Of a DNA stretch of 64,000 bases, positions 25,996-35,234 are shown piece by piece; positions within the stretch are counted from its first letter, which is position 1; each line of letters begins with the position of its first letter. Below the pieces are notes generated by a model, which was given only the letters and a program-made list of their open reading frames with translations, was not told where the DNA came from and searched no databases. Source of the stretch: Candidatus Nanoarchaeia archaeon (GTDB lineage: Archaea; Nanobdellota; Nanobdellia; Pacearchaeales; GW2011-AR1); assembly GCA_028718805.1 (NCBI GenBank), contig JAQUKY010000001.1, positions 16,384-80,383 on the forward strand, in the 5' to 3' direction. The translations under genes and the position numbers were made by a program.

Positions 25996-26835
25996 ATGTT
26001 TGAGAGATTTACAGATAGGGCGAGAAAAGTAATGGCTCTTGCAAACCAAGAGGCTCAAAGGTATAATCATGATTTTGTTGGTAGTGAGCATATTCTTTTA
26101 GGATTAATAGAAGAAGGTTCTGGGGTAGGCGCTACTGTATTAAAAGGTTTTGATTTAAATCTTGAAGATTTAAGAAAAGAGGTACAAAATTTAGTGCCTC
26201 AAGGTCCTGATACGGTTACTATGGGTAGTTTGCCTATAACCCCCCTAGCAAAAAAAATAGTTGAAAATGCAATCGACTATTCTCGTGAGATTGGGCATAA
26301 CTATGTTGGAACAGAACATTTGCTTTATGGATTAGTTTCATTAGAAGAAGGGCCTGGAGCAGAAATATTGAAAAAACATGGTTTGGATAAGGATAAAGTG
26401 GTGAATGAGTTGGAAAATCTGCTTGGGATAAACTCGGATGATTTGGCTACACCCGCAGGAGTTATCGATTATTGGAAAATTCCTAAAGGAAATATAAATC
26501 TTGAAAAATTTTTAGAAACCGCTGGGTATGAGGTATTAAAAGAGGAAGAAGATCCTTTGAGAATCTTTAAAAGAGAAAGTCCTGACTCTGCATTGGAGGT
26601 TGGGAGACTTGATTTAACTCTTGGAGATCCTGTGAGATATGATTCTCCAATCATTGTTTATTTTCCAAGTAATAAAGAGCAAATAAAAGAAGCTCTTGAT
26701 TTAAGGGACCTTTTTGATGTTAATAATGTCAAATATTCAGAAGAGCCTCCTGCATCAGAAGTTGTAAAAGAGTTAAGGCAACCTTTTGAAGAAGAGATAG
26801 ATCCTATTATAAAAAGATTAGAAAAAATGGTTTAA
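25996..26835 (+). CDS. Clp N-terminal (double Clp_N repeat) domain protein without an AAA+ module
   Basis: MFERFTDRARKVMALANQEAQRYNHDFVGSEHILLGLIEEG and TPLAKKIVENAIDYSREIGHNYVGTEHLLYGLV are the two Clp_N repeats. The C-terminal ~130 aa are unassigned and there is no Walker motif. Confidence 0.75.
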   Translation: MFERFTDRARKVMALANQEAQRYNHDFVGSEHILLGLIEEGSGVGATVLKGFDLNLEDLRKEVQNLVPQGPDTVTMGSLPITPLAKKIVENAIDYSREIGHNYVGTEHLLYGLVSLEEGPGAEILKKHGLDKDKVVNELENLLGINSDDLATPAGVIDYWKIPKGNINLEKFLETAGYEVLKEEEDPLRIFKRESPDSALEVGRLDLTLGDPVRYDSPIIVYFPSNKEQIKEALDLRDLFDVNNVKYSEEPPASEVVKELRQPFEEEIDPIIKRLEKMV

Positions 26836-26980
26836 GATTGAGTTTGATTAACCTGATTAACTTATAATTTTATAAAATTTTATTATACTATTAATTGCAA
26901 AGCGTTTATAAATTATTGATTACTGATAAAAGCGTCTTTTTTCAAAAAAAGATGCAGGCAAAAAATTTAAGGACTAAAAA

Positions 26981-29365
26981 ATGGCACTATCAGAAGCTGA
27001 AAAATTAAGACTTGAAGAATTTGTTGAAGAAATGAAATCACATAGAGCAAGGCATACAGAACTTATTACTGTTTATGTTCCAAAAGGATATGACATTAAT
27101 TTTATCACCAAGCAACTGGAATCTGAAAAATCAACTGCTGCTAACATAAAAAGCACTGGCACAAGAAAGAATGTCCAGGATGCCTTGGAAAGCCTGATTA
27201 GAATTGCAAAAGGAATGAAATCAACACCTAAAAATGGAGTTGCTTTATTTGCGGGAAATGTATCCAAGGTTGAAGGGCAAGATAATTTTATAACAGAGAT
27301 TTTTGAGCCTCCTGAAGAACTCAATGTCCGGTTATACAGATGCGACCAGACTTTTGTTTTAGAACCTCTTGAAGAGATGTTGGAGATAAAGGAATTATAT
27401 GGGTTGGTTGTAATTGAGAGGCAGGAAGCTACAATTGGAATGTTAGTTGGAAAGAAAATCAAAGTTCTTCAAAAATTTGATTCAATGGTTCCTGGAAAGA
27501 CAAATAAGGGTGGGCAGTGTTTATCCCCTGATACTTTTATTATGAAAGATGATGGGGAGATAATTGAGATTAAAAACTGCCATAATCCTTTAATTCTTGT
27601 TTCTGAAAATTTTAACAATGAAAAAAGCGAATTAACACCCGTGATAGAAAAATGGGAAAATGAAAAACCCATCTTTAGAATCAAAACTAAAAACCCTGTT
27701 TTTGAAATTAGTGCTTCTCAAGACCACTTATTTTTTGTAAGAACTGAAAATGGAATTGAAGAGAAGCCATTGTCTGTGATTAGAGAAGGGGATTATTTAA
27801 TAATTCCTTCTAAAATAAATATAGAAGGAAAGTTACAAGAAATTAATTTTAAGCCGCAAAAAATCAAGAAAACGAAAGAAATAATATTTCCTAAATTTTT
27901 GAATGAAGATTTAGTTAAGATTTTTGGTTATTATTTAGGTGATGGTAATTGGGAAGAGTATAGAATAAATTTTTCAGAACAAAGAAAAGAAGTTGCGAAT
28001 TATTATAAAAATCTATTAGAAAGCGTTTTTAAAATACCTTGTAGTTTGAGATTTAGAGAAAATAAAGGCTATTATCAATTAAGGATCCATAATCTTTATT
28101 TATCTCAGTTTTTTAGAGAATACTTCCCATTAAAAAATAAAACTCTTGAAGAAGAGATACCTAAAAGCATACTCATATCTCCAGATAATGTGCTTGCATC
28201 TTTTATCTCTGGATTTTTTGATGCAGAAGGATATGTTTCTGATTCACGAATTGGTCTTGGAATAAATAATAAGAAAATAGCTAAACAGCTTCAGTTAATT
28301 CTCTTAAGGTTGGGGATTGTTTCATCTATTTTAGAATACGATAACAGAAGAAATCTTTATTCTAATAAAACAAGGTATACTATCGAAATAAATGGGATAG
28401 ATTCTATGAAAAGTTTTTTTGAAAAAGTTGGTCTTTCTTCTACAGAAAAAAACATTAAACTTAAAAAAATTATAGAGAAAAGAGGAAATCAGGACCACAT
28501 TGATCAATTAGTTGTTAATGGCAGAGAAGTTGCTAAAATAATAAGAAATTCTGGGGAATTGCTGCAAAAATTTAATTGCCCTATGTTTTTTTCAAATAAA
28601 AGGCAGATGAGCAGACAGGTTTTTAAAAGGAGAATTTTAGACAAAATAGATAATTCTGAATTGAAGAGAAGATTGGAATTTTTTTATGGTTCAAACCTTA
28701 CTATTGCTAAGATAAACAAAATTTTTCCTATAGGGAAGAGTTTAACTGTTGATATTGAAACTAAAAATCATAATTTTTTGGCTAATGGTATATTGGTTCA
28801 TAATTCAGCAGCACGTTATAGCAGGATAAGAGATAATATGGCCAGGGATTTTTTCAGGAAAATTGCAAGTGTAATGAAAGATGAATTTTTTGATTTAAAA
28901 GGATTAAAAGGGATATTAGTTGGAGGGCCTGGGCCAACTAAAGAGGATTTTGTAAAAGAAGGGGAATTAGTAACTGCCCTAAAAGAAAAGATACTTGCTA
29001 TAAAAGATATTGGTTATGCAGATGAACATGGCTTGGAATTGCTGGTTGGTGTTAGTGGTGATGTTTTAGCAGGGCAGGAAATTTATCGTGAGAAGAAGCT
29101 TTTAGAGAATTTTTTTAATATGCTTGGAAAAGAAAAAGATAAAACAGCATATAAAGAAAAAGATATTGAAAAAGCTCTTAGTTATGGCGCAGTTGATACG
29201 CTTTTGCTTTCAAAAAAGCTGAAAAAAGAGATTATAAGCAAATATGAGAAAAAAGCAGCTGAAACAAGTGTAAAAGTTGAATTAGTTTCAGTTGACACTC
29301 CTGAGGGCCAGCAGTTCTGGAATTTGGGGGGGGTTGGGGCTGTTCTGAGGTTTAGGGTGCAATAA
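26981..29365 (+). CDS. prf1: peptide chain release factor aRF1, interrupted by an intein
   Basis: NIKS motif (TAANIKS), YxCxxxF motif (LYRCDQTF) and GGQ (TNKGGQ). The exteins total 179 + 186 aa. Confidence 0.9.
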   Translation: MALSEAEKLRLEEFVEEMKSHRARHTELITVYVPKGYDINFITKQLESEKSTAANIKSTGTRKNVQDALESLIRIAKGMKSTPKNGVALFAGNVSKVEGQDNFITEIFEPPEELNVRLYRCDQTFVLEPLEEMLEIKELYGLVVIERQEATIGMLVGKKIKVLQKFDSMVPGKTNKGGQCLSPDTFIMKDDGEIIEIKNCHNPLILVSENFNNEKSELTPVIEKWENEKPIFRIKTKNPVFEISASQDHLFFVRTENGIEEKPLSVIREGDYLIIPSKINIEGKLQEINFKPQKIKKTKEIIFPKFLNEDLVKIFGYYLGDGNWEEYRINFSEQRKEVANYYKNLLESVFKIPCSLRFRENKGYYQLRIHNLYLSQFFREYFPLKNKTLEEEIPKSILISPDNVLASFISGFFDAEGYVSDSRIGLGINNKKIAKQLQLILLRLGIVSSILEYDNRRNLYSNKTRYTIEINGIDSMKSFFEKVGLSSTEKNIKLKKIIEKRGNQDHIDQLVVNGREVAKIIRNSGELLQKFNCPMFFSNKRQMSRQVFKRRILDKIDNSELKRRLEFFYGSNLTIAKINKIFPIGKSLTVDIETKNHNFLANGILVHNSAARYSRIRDNMARDFFRKIASVMKDEFFDLKGLKGILVGGPGPTKEDFVKEGELVTALKEKILAIKDIGYADEHGLELLVGVSGDVLAGQEIYREKKLLENFFNMLGKEKDKTAYKEKDIEKALSYGAVDTLLLSKKLKKEIISKYEKKAAETSVKVELVSVDTPEGQQFWNLGGVGAVLRFRVQ
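27518..28804 (+). mobile_element. intein (429 aa) with LAGLIDADG homing-endonuclease domain, inserted after GGQ of aRF1
   Basis: Junctions are GGQ|CLSPDTFI and NGILVHN|SAARYSRIRD. Block B-like SQDHLFF. Two LAGLIDADG motifs (IFGYYLGDGNW, FISGFFDAEGYV). Coordinates were derived by codon counting and checked against tgt (27518-27520) and aat (28802-28804). Confidence 0.85.
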
Positions 29366-29409
29366 AAGATAGCAGTATTTATAAATAAATAATGTTTTGT
29401 AGGGTTTAT

Positions 29410-30324
29410 ATGATTAGCGCAAATAAGAAGGAACGAATAGCCTATGAAGTTATAAAGACACTTAAATCTAGATTTGAGTCTTTTCCAGAAGATTCGAAAA
29501 ATAATAGAAATGCTCCGTTTCATGAAGCATTTCTTAATGCATTTTCTAATAAATTAGAAGGCAACATTAAAGATGCGCCTTATTTAATAAGTCTTAGTAG
29601 TTGGTTGCATGGGCTCAATACTACGCTAGGCCAATCCTTTTTTGAGAATATCGCACATATCTTATCTGGTGGAATAAAAAAGGAATTCACAAAGAAGAAA
29701 AGAAGTTCTTTGTGTATTACGACCATACAACAAAGTGAAATTGCATCAATAATTACTAGTCTTAAAAGCCAGTCAAGAAAACCAAACCTAGTTGGAGAGA
29801 ATAAATTAATCTTTCAATTAGATAAATCAACTATAGTTGAAGCCATGGATTTTACAGCAGATAATTATATTGAAACGGATACAATTATTGAAGCTATTGA
29901 ACTAAAATCTGTTAAGCCTAATTCGGGGGAGATGAGAGGAGAAAAACAAAAAATATTAATCGCCAAGGCCGCACTTAAGAAGAAGTATCCTTCAAAAGAT
30001 ATTAAATTTTATATAGGATTTCCTTTTGATCCAACTTCCTCTACACTTGCGGGTACCGACAAAAATAGGTTTATGAGTTCTATAATTGAATTTAATAAAT
30101 TTTTTAGTTCTGATGAAGTATTGATAGGAGATGAATTGTGGGATCAGCTTTCTGGGGATGAAAAGACTATGCAGCAAATATTGGATATAATAAATAAAAT
30201 TGCTACTAAAGATTTTATTGATAATTTTAATTTTCTTAAAAATCCTGAAAATCAAAAAAGTAATCCAAAGAAATATGATAAACTCATAAAAGAATGGAAT
30301 CTGAGCAGTAAATTGCTAACTTAA
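29410..30324 (+). CDS. putative type II restriction endonuclease
   Basis: Tail-to-tail with the methyltransferase, 61-nt gap. Candidate PD-(D/E)xK core (MDFTADNYIE...IEAIELKSVK). Start set at ATG 29410 (MISANKK). Confidence 0.5.
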   Translation: MISANKKERIAYEVIKTLKSRFESFPEDSKNNRNAPFHEAFLNAFSNKLEGNIKDAPYLISLSSWLHGLNTTLGQSFFENIAHILSGGIKKEFTKKKRSSLCITTIQQSEIASIITSLKSQSRKPNLVGENKLIFQLDKSTIVEAMDFTADNYIETDTIIEAIELKSVKPNSGEMRGEKQKILIAKAALKKKYPSKDIKFYIGFPFDPTSSTLAGTDKNRFMSSIIEFNKFFSSDEVLIGDELWDQLSGDEKTMQQILDIINKIATKDFIDNFNFLKNPENQKSNPKKYDKLIKEWNLSSKLLT

Positions 30325-30385
30325 TCTTATCAAAATATCATTCATTTGTTTCTCTTTGAAAACTAGTTTTATAATAAAATGCTTA

Positions 30386-31987
30386 TTAATGCTGCATCTT
30401 CCTCATATGAAATATAATTTCAGCATAGGGCTGCCTATCTCTTTCTGTTCTATTCAAGACTGGTCTTTTGAATTGTTCGATAATCTTCAAACCGCTTTTT
30501 TCAGCAATTAACGGATATAAATTATATTTATCGTTAGCAACTATAAAAAGATCTCCATCGTCTTTGATAAACTTGCTTATATTAATAAAAACCTTACTTA
30601 TTCCTTCAACATATTCATCTTTTGCTTTTTGTCCTTGACCCTTGGATAAAGGCCCTATTTCTTTATTATCTTCTCTTGGTATACTAAAAAGTTCATAAGC
30701 ATAAGCATGTTGTTCATGATAATTAATTTGACCAACATAAGGAGGAGAAGTAAAAACACCATCTATTTTTTTAGCAGTTAATAAATTATAGAACTCTGGA
30801 TTTTTATTTTTTATCTCTTCGAATATGTTCACTTCTCTTGAGTCTCCATGAATAATCTCGCTAGATACATTCTTTTTTAATTTTGAAAATTCATCTATTC
30901 TTTTTACTGTGTCATAAGTATACCTTATCAAGTGTTTGATAATAGAATTTATTGGGGTACATAGCTTCTTATGTTTTCTGCAGTAATAAGGACATGTTTG
31001 TGGCTCTGTTAATGTTGCCAAATCAGAATGAGTAGTGGCTCTGCATGAACGAGCAGTTCTACTCAAAATAATTCTTAGGACATTCATTAAATTTTCATCT
31101 TCAACTTTTCTTAAAAGTTTGATATAATAAAATAATTCTTGCTTTACTCTTTTTGAAAACCATTTATTCAAAAAATTACTCATCTCTTTTTCGTTCAATA
31201 AATTAGATTTATCCTTTGTTCCATTTTTTTCAAAAAATTCTTCATTTTCTTTTAGAAATTGTTTAAGTTTTTCTTCCCCATATTGTTCTTCATTACTCAC
31301 TATGCCTTTCCAAATATTTTTCTTAAATTCAGGATTAGGAAAATATTTTTTGTTGAACTCATTTAATCTTTCTTTTAATTGCTCATCAAACGAATCATCA
31401 AACACTTCTTGACTAAACTCTACTGTCTTGAAACAGATATCTCTAGCTTTCTTGTCTAGCATGGATAAATCATACTCTCCAACTTTGACTTCAGAAATTA
31501 AACAATTAAAATCAGAAACATCTATTCCAATAGAGTGCAAACCTAGTTCTGAGCATTGAACAAGTGTTGTTCCGCTTCCCATAAAAGGATCCAGTATGAT
31601 ATTCCCAGATTTAAAAAAAACTTCTTTTTTGAAAGTATTAAGATGAGGATCTAAAAAATATTCTACTAATTGGGGGATAAACTTCCCCTTGTAAGGATGC
31701 AATCTATGAACATGCTTTGTGGTATCGGATTCTTTTAAATGTCCGAAAGACAAACCCCAGTTTAAATCTTTACCTAATCTCTTTTTCCACTCTTCTTCTT
31801 TTTTGATATCTCTTTCATAATAATTTTTTAATTCATCTACGTTTATAGTAGTATTATTTTTATAAAAGGTTTTAGCTACTTTTGCATATTGAATAAGATA
31901 CTGAATATTTGAAATAGTTACTGGTCTACCTAAGAACTTTGTTGCCCATTCTGAGGCCTCTTTTATTGACAAAAGTTCTTGACTCAT
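30386..31987 (-). CDS. DNA amino-methyltransferase (N4-cytosine or N6-adenine)
   Basis: AdoMet motif I DPFMGSGTT and catalytic motif IV TSPPYVG, separated by about 280 aa (a presumptive target-recognition insert). Confidence 0.8.
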   Translation of the reverse strand: MSQELLSIKEASEWATKFLGRPVTISNIQYLIQYAKVAKTFYKNNTTINVDELKNYYERDIKKEEEWKKRLGKDLNWGLSFGHLKESDTTKHVHRLHPYKGKFIPQLVEYFLDPHLNTFKKEVFFKSGNIILDPFMGSGTTLVQCSELGLHSIGIDVSDFNCLISEVKVGEYDLSMLDKKARDICFKTVEFSQEVFDDSFDEQLKERLNEFNKKYFPNPEFKKNIWKGIVSNEEQYGEEKLKQFLKENEEFFEKNGTKDKSNLLNEKEMSNFLNKWFSKRVKQELFYYIKLLRKVEDENLMNVLRIILSRTARSCRATTHSDLATLTEPQTCPYYCRKHKKLCTPINSIIKHLIRYTYDTVKRIDEFSKLKKNVSSEIIHGDSREVNIFEEIKNKNPEFYNLLTAKKIDGVFTSPPYVGQINYHEQHAYAYELFSIPREDNKEIGPLSKGQGQKAKDEYVEGISKVFINISKFIKDDGDLFIVANDKYNLYPLIAEKSGLKIIEQFKRPVLNRTERDRQPYAEIIFHMRKMQH

Positions 31988-32124
31988 TTTTCCTCCTTTT
32001 TTATTTTTTCTTCCATAAAAACATCTATACTCCTTGATAGAGCGACAGCATTTTTTTTACAAAACTCTTTATATTTCTCATAAGTATCTTCATCAAGACT
32101 CAATGTTACATTCTTCTGAACCAT
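31984..32124 (-). CDS. ribbon-helix-helix (CopG-like) mini-protein, 46 aa, candidate R-M controller
   Basis: Below the ORF-track cutoff. My translation is MVQKNVTLSLDEDTYEKYKEFCKKNAVALSRSIDVFMEEKIKKEEK (beta strand plus two helices). Its TGA overlaps the methyltransferase ATG (ATGA). Confidence 0.55.
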   Translation of the reverse strand: MVQKNVTLSLDEDTYEKYKEFCKKNAVALSRSIDVFMEEKIKKEEK

Positions 32125-32272
32125 GTTATTACCTCATTTGAATATAAATGTAAATAAATGAATAATCTATATAAATCTTTTGGCCCATTTTTTAAGTAGT
32201 GACTGAATTCTTTGTATAGTTTAGTAGATGTGCAATAACAATCTTTATAATATATTTCTTTTTAGTTAATTC

Positions 32273-33028
32273 ATGGAAAATGAGGAAAAAGTGAGTGAAG
32301 AAACTGAAACAGAAATTGATGATAATCTTGAAATAGATGAATCTGAAAATGAAGAAAAGAAAGAAGAAATAAAAGAAGAAAAGGATTTAGTTCAGCATGC
32401 TGTTGAAGCTGTTGAACATGTAAGCTCACAGACTGCCAAAGAGCTGGACGAATCAAGCGAGATTGAAAACACAAAAAAAGTTGAAGCTGCATTATTTATT
32501 GCAGGAAGATTTCTTACTCTCCAGGAGCTTGTTATGCTTACTGATATTAATCCTTTGATGTTAAAGGAAATTCTGGAAAAATTAATTGAAAAATATAATG
32601 ATAACTCTGGAGTTGAGATTATTGAAAAAGGTGGTGGATGGAAAATGGATGTAAGACAAGAGCATGTCCATATGATTAATAAGCTAGCAACAGGAAATTC
32701 TGAGTTTACAAAGGCAGAGCAAGAGACTCTGGCTGTGGTTGCGTATAAACAGCCTGTAAAACAATCAGTTATAATTAAAATAAGGGGAAACAAGGCATAC
32801 GACCATGTTAAGAAATTTATTGAAAATGAACTGGTTGTCGGAAAAAGGGTAGGACACACAAAAGAGTTAAGATTATCTGATGATTTTTATGAGTATTTTC
32901 ATATAACTGACAAAAAAGTTGAAAAAATAAGTAAGAATAACGAAGAATCAGTAAGTGATGATATTTCAAGTGAGAAAAGAGAAGAGAATTCTGGGAAAGA
33001 AGAGGTGATTAAAGAAGAAAATAAATAA
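32273..33028 (+). CDS. scpB: segregation and condensation protein B (ScpB) with acidic N- and C-terminal tails
   Basis: VEAALFIAGRFLTLQELV and TKAEQETLAVVAYKQPVKQSVIIKIRG are winged-helix ScpB blocks. Confidence 0.8.
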   Translation: MENEEKVSEETETEIDDNLEIDESENEEKKEEIKEEKDLVQHAVEAVEHVSSQTAKELDESSEIENTKKVEAALFIAGRFLTLQELVMLTDINPLMLKEILEKLIEKYNDNSGVEIIEKGGGWKMDVRQEHVHMINKLATGNSEFTKAEQETLAVVAYKQPVKQSVIIKIRGNKAYDHVKKFIENELVVGKRVGHTKELRLSDDFYEYFHITDKKVEKISKNNEESVSDDISSEKREENSGKEEVIKEENK

Positions 33029-33081
33029 AGTAAAAACAATATTACTAATGTAAAAAACGAAATAAGATATGATAGAGAATC

Positions 33082-33105
33082 TTAAGCTGCTCAAATCAAG
33101 CTTAA
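33082..33105. promoter_or_regulatory. inverted repeat TTAAGCT-N10-AGCTTAA
   Basis: Perfect 7-nt arms with a 10-nt spacer, about 70 nt upstream of the GT2 gene. The same architecture occurs at 60227-60250. Confidence 0.4.
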
Positions 33106-33175
33106 TCTATTCAATCCCAAATTAAAATCGTCTATTGATATTACAAGTAAATAAAAACAACAAAAATAAAATAGA

Positions 33176-34411
33176 ATGGCAATTTTACCTTATGTCTACC
33201 TTGGGTATATGTTCATATCCCTGTATATGTTAAGCATGTTCTTAATTATTTATTTAAAAAATAAGAAAGAAATTTTTGATTATCCTAAAGCAAAAAAAAA
33301 GTATGCTGTAAGCTTTGTTGTTCCAGCTTATAATGAAGAAAAGACAATTGAAGATACAATAAAAAACATTTTTAACGTGGACTATGATATGTTGGAGGTA
33401 ATTGTTGTAAATGATGGTTCTACAGACAATACTAAAAAGATTATAGAGAAACTTATGAAAGAATATCCTAAACTTAAGCTTATAAATAACATAAAAAATC
33501 TTGGTAATGCTGCAAGGTCTCAAAATGTTGGTTTAAAACATGCTAAAGGAGAGATTATAGCAGTAGTTGATGCAGACAGTTATCCCTCTAAAGATTCTGT
33601 TAGTAAGATGCTTGGGTTTTTTAATGATGAAAAAGTCGGGGCGGTTACCTGCCCTGTTATTGCCAGAAACACAAATAGGTTTATAGAAAAATTGCAGGCA
33701 ATTGAGTACAAAATGATTTCATTAACAAGAAAATTGTTGGATTATGTTGATGCTATTTATGTTACTCCTGGCCCTTTAGCTTTGTACAGAAAGAAAGTTC
33801 TTGTTGAGATAGGGGGATTTGACGAGAATAATATGACACAGGATATAGAGGCTACATGGCATTTAACTTACAATGGGTGGATGAGAAGAATGTGTCTTTC
33901 GGCAAGTGTTTCAAGCACTGTCCCAAACAAACTTAAAGCCTGGTTCAGGCAGAGGAGAAGGTGGAATGTCGGGGGATTACAATGCATTCAGAAATATAGA
34001 AAGTCTTTGTTTGATCCAAAAAAAGGAATGCTTGGATTTTTCATAATCCCTTTTTTTATTTTAAGCACTTTTTTGGGTTTGCTTGGTTTAAGCATATTCT
34101 CTTATCTGATAATTAAAAGAACTATTTCTAATTTCCTTTATACAAAATATTCTATAGTAGCAGGTACTCCTTTATTAACACTTGAAAACTTTTATATTAC
34201 TCCGAGTGTCTTAAATTATCTTGGGGTTGCATTGTTTATTTTAGGATTAATCTTCCTTTTTATTGTGTTTGCAGTGTTAAAGGAAAGGGTTTTGAGAAAA
34301 GAGAATATTTTAAATATCCCCTTTTATATGATGGTTTATATTGCATTTTATCCTTTTATAATGCTTTCTGCAATGTGGCATATGGCAAAAGGCAAGAGAA
34401 TATGGCGTTAG
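33176..34411 (+). CDS. family 2 glycosyltransferase, processive beta-glycan synthase type (NodC/PgaC/chitin-synthase-like)
   Basis: VPAYNEE, VNDGSTDNT, VVDADS and the Q-x-x-R-W motif (FRQRRRWNVG). TM helices at both ends. Confidence 0.8.
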   Translation: MAILPYVYLGYMFISLYMLSMFLIIYLKNKKEIFDYPKAKKKYAVSFVVPAYNEEKTIEDTIKNIFNVDYDMLEVIVVNDGSTDNTKKIIEKLMKEYPKLKLINNIKNLGNAARSQNVGLKHAKGEIIAVVDADSYPSKDSVSKMLGFFNDEKVGAVTCPVIARNTNRFIEKLQAIEYKMISLTRKLLDYVDAIYVTPGPLALYRKKVLVEIGGFDENNMTQDIEATWHLTYNGWMRRMCLSASVSSTVPNKLKAWFRQRRRWNVGGLQCIQKYRKSLFDPKKGMLGFFIIPFFILSTFLGLLGLSIFSYLIIKRTISNFLYTKYSIVAGTPLLTLENFYITPSVLNYLGVALFILGLIFLFIVFAVLKERVLRKENILNIPFYMMVYIAFYPFIMLSAMWHMAKGKRIWR

Positions 34412-34447
34412 GATATATTAAAAAAAATAAAATATCAAAAAAATAAA

Positions 34448-35116
34448 ATGTTCAATTCACAAAAACATGCTTTTTGGGAAGCGCTTCTAATAACCATTTT
34501 AATATTTGGAATAGGAGTTTTTTTTGGGGTTATCTTAGAGAATTGGAGATCCTCTAAAATAAGTGATTTGTATGATAAATCAGAAATAGAATTATTGGAT
34601 ATGAGAATTCAAGATGAAATATATTCAAAGGGGAAGTTTAATTGTGATATTGCCGCTGAGGAAAATCTTAATCTTGCAGATAAAATATACGGGGAAGCAA
34701 AGTTATTAGAAAGGTATGAGGGTGCGAGAAGGATTACAGATAGTTTAATTATACAGCACAAAAAATATGATCTTCTGAGAGAGATGTTATTTTTGAATTC
34801 TATGCATATAAAGGAACAATGCAAACTTCCTTATTATGCTGTTGTTTATTTTTATATTCCTGCTTATGAAGAATTATCTTTAGATGAGACATCAAAACAA
34901 CAGGTTTTTTCAAAACTTCTTGAAGAGTTGAAACAGAAAAGGGGTAAGGATGTACTTCTAATTCCTATTGCTGTAAATCAAGACATTTCTTCAATACAGG
35001 TAATCACAAATCTGTATAATATATCTAGGGAAGATTTACCAGTTATTCTTATAAATGAAAAAACAAAGATAACTGAAGTTCGAAATATTGAACAAATAGA
35101 GCAATATTTGAAATAA
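34448..35116 (+). CDS. hypothetical membrane-anchored protein (222 aa)
   Basis: N-terminal TM helix (ALLITILIFGIGVFFGVIL). Directly downstream of the GT2 gene. Confidence 0.45.
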   Translation: MFNSQKHAFWEALLITILIFGIGVFFGVILENWRSSKISDLYDKSEIELLDMRIQDEIYSKGKFNCDIAAEENLNLADKIYGEAKLLERYEGARRITDSLIIQHKKYDLLREMLFLNSMHIKEQCKLPYYAVVYFYIPAYEELSLDETSKQQVFSKLLEELKQKRGKDVLLIPIAVNQDISSIQVITNLYNISREDLPVILINEKTKITEVRNIEQIEQYLK

Positions 35117-35122
35117 AAATCC

Positions 35123-35140
35123 AGGAAACCAAGGTTTCCT
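35123..35140 (+). terminator. short perfect hairpin after the 34448-35116 gene
   Basis: AGGAAACC-AA-GGTTTCCT: 8-bp stem with a 2-nt loop, 7 nt after the stop codon. A function as terminator is inferred only. Confidence 0.3.
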
Positions 35141-35234
35141 AGATGAACCTTCCTTCAGTTAACTATAACGATTTTTTTTGATATATATTTTTGATTATAA
35201 ATAAGTATTAAAACTGAATTTTTGTGCTTTATTT

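Noticed and set aside
27073-29523. Minus-strand ORFs 27073-27462, 27469-27684 and 29182-29523
   Set aside because: They are antisense shadows of the aRF1/intein gene and of the REase 5' region. The same reasoning applies to the antisense or alternative-frame ORFs inside valS, scpB, topA, accA, serS, the GT2 gene and the 46259 gene.
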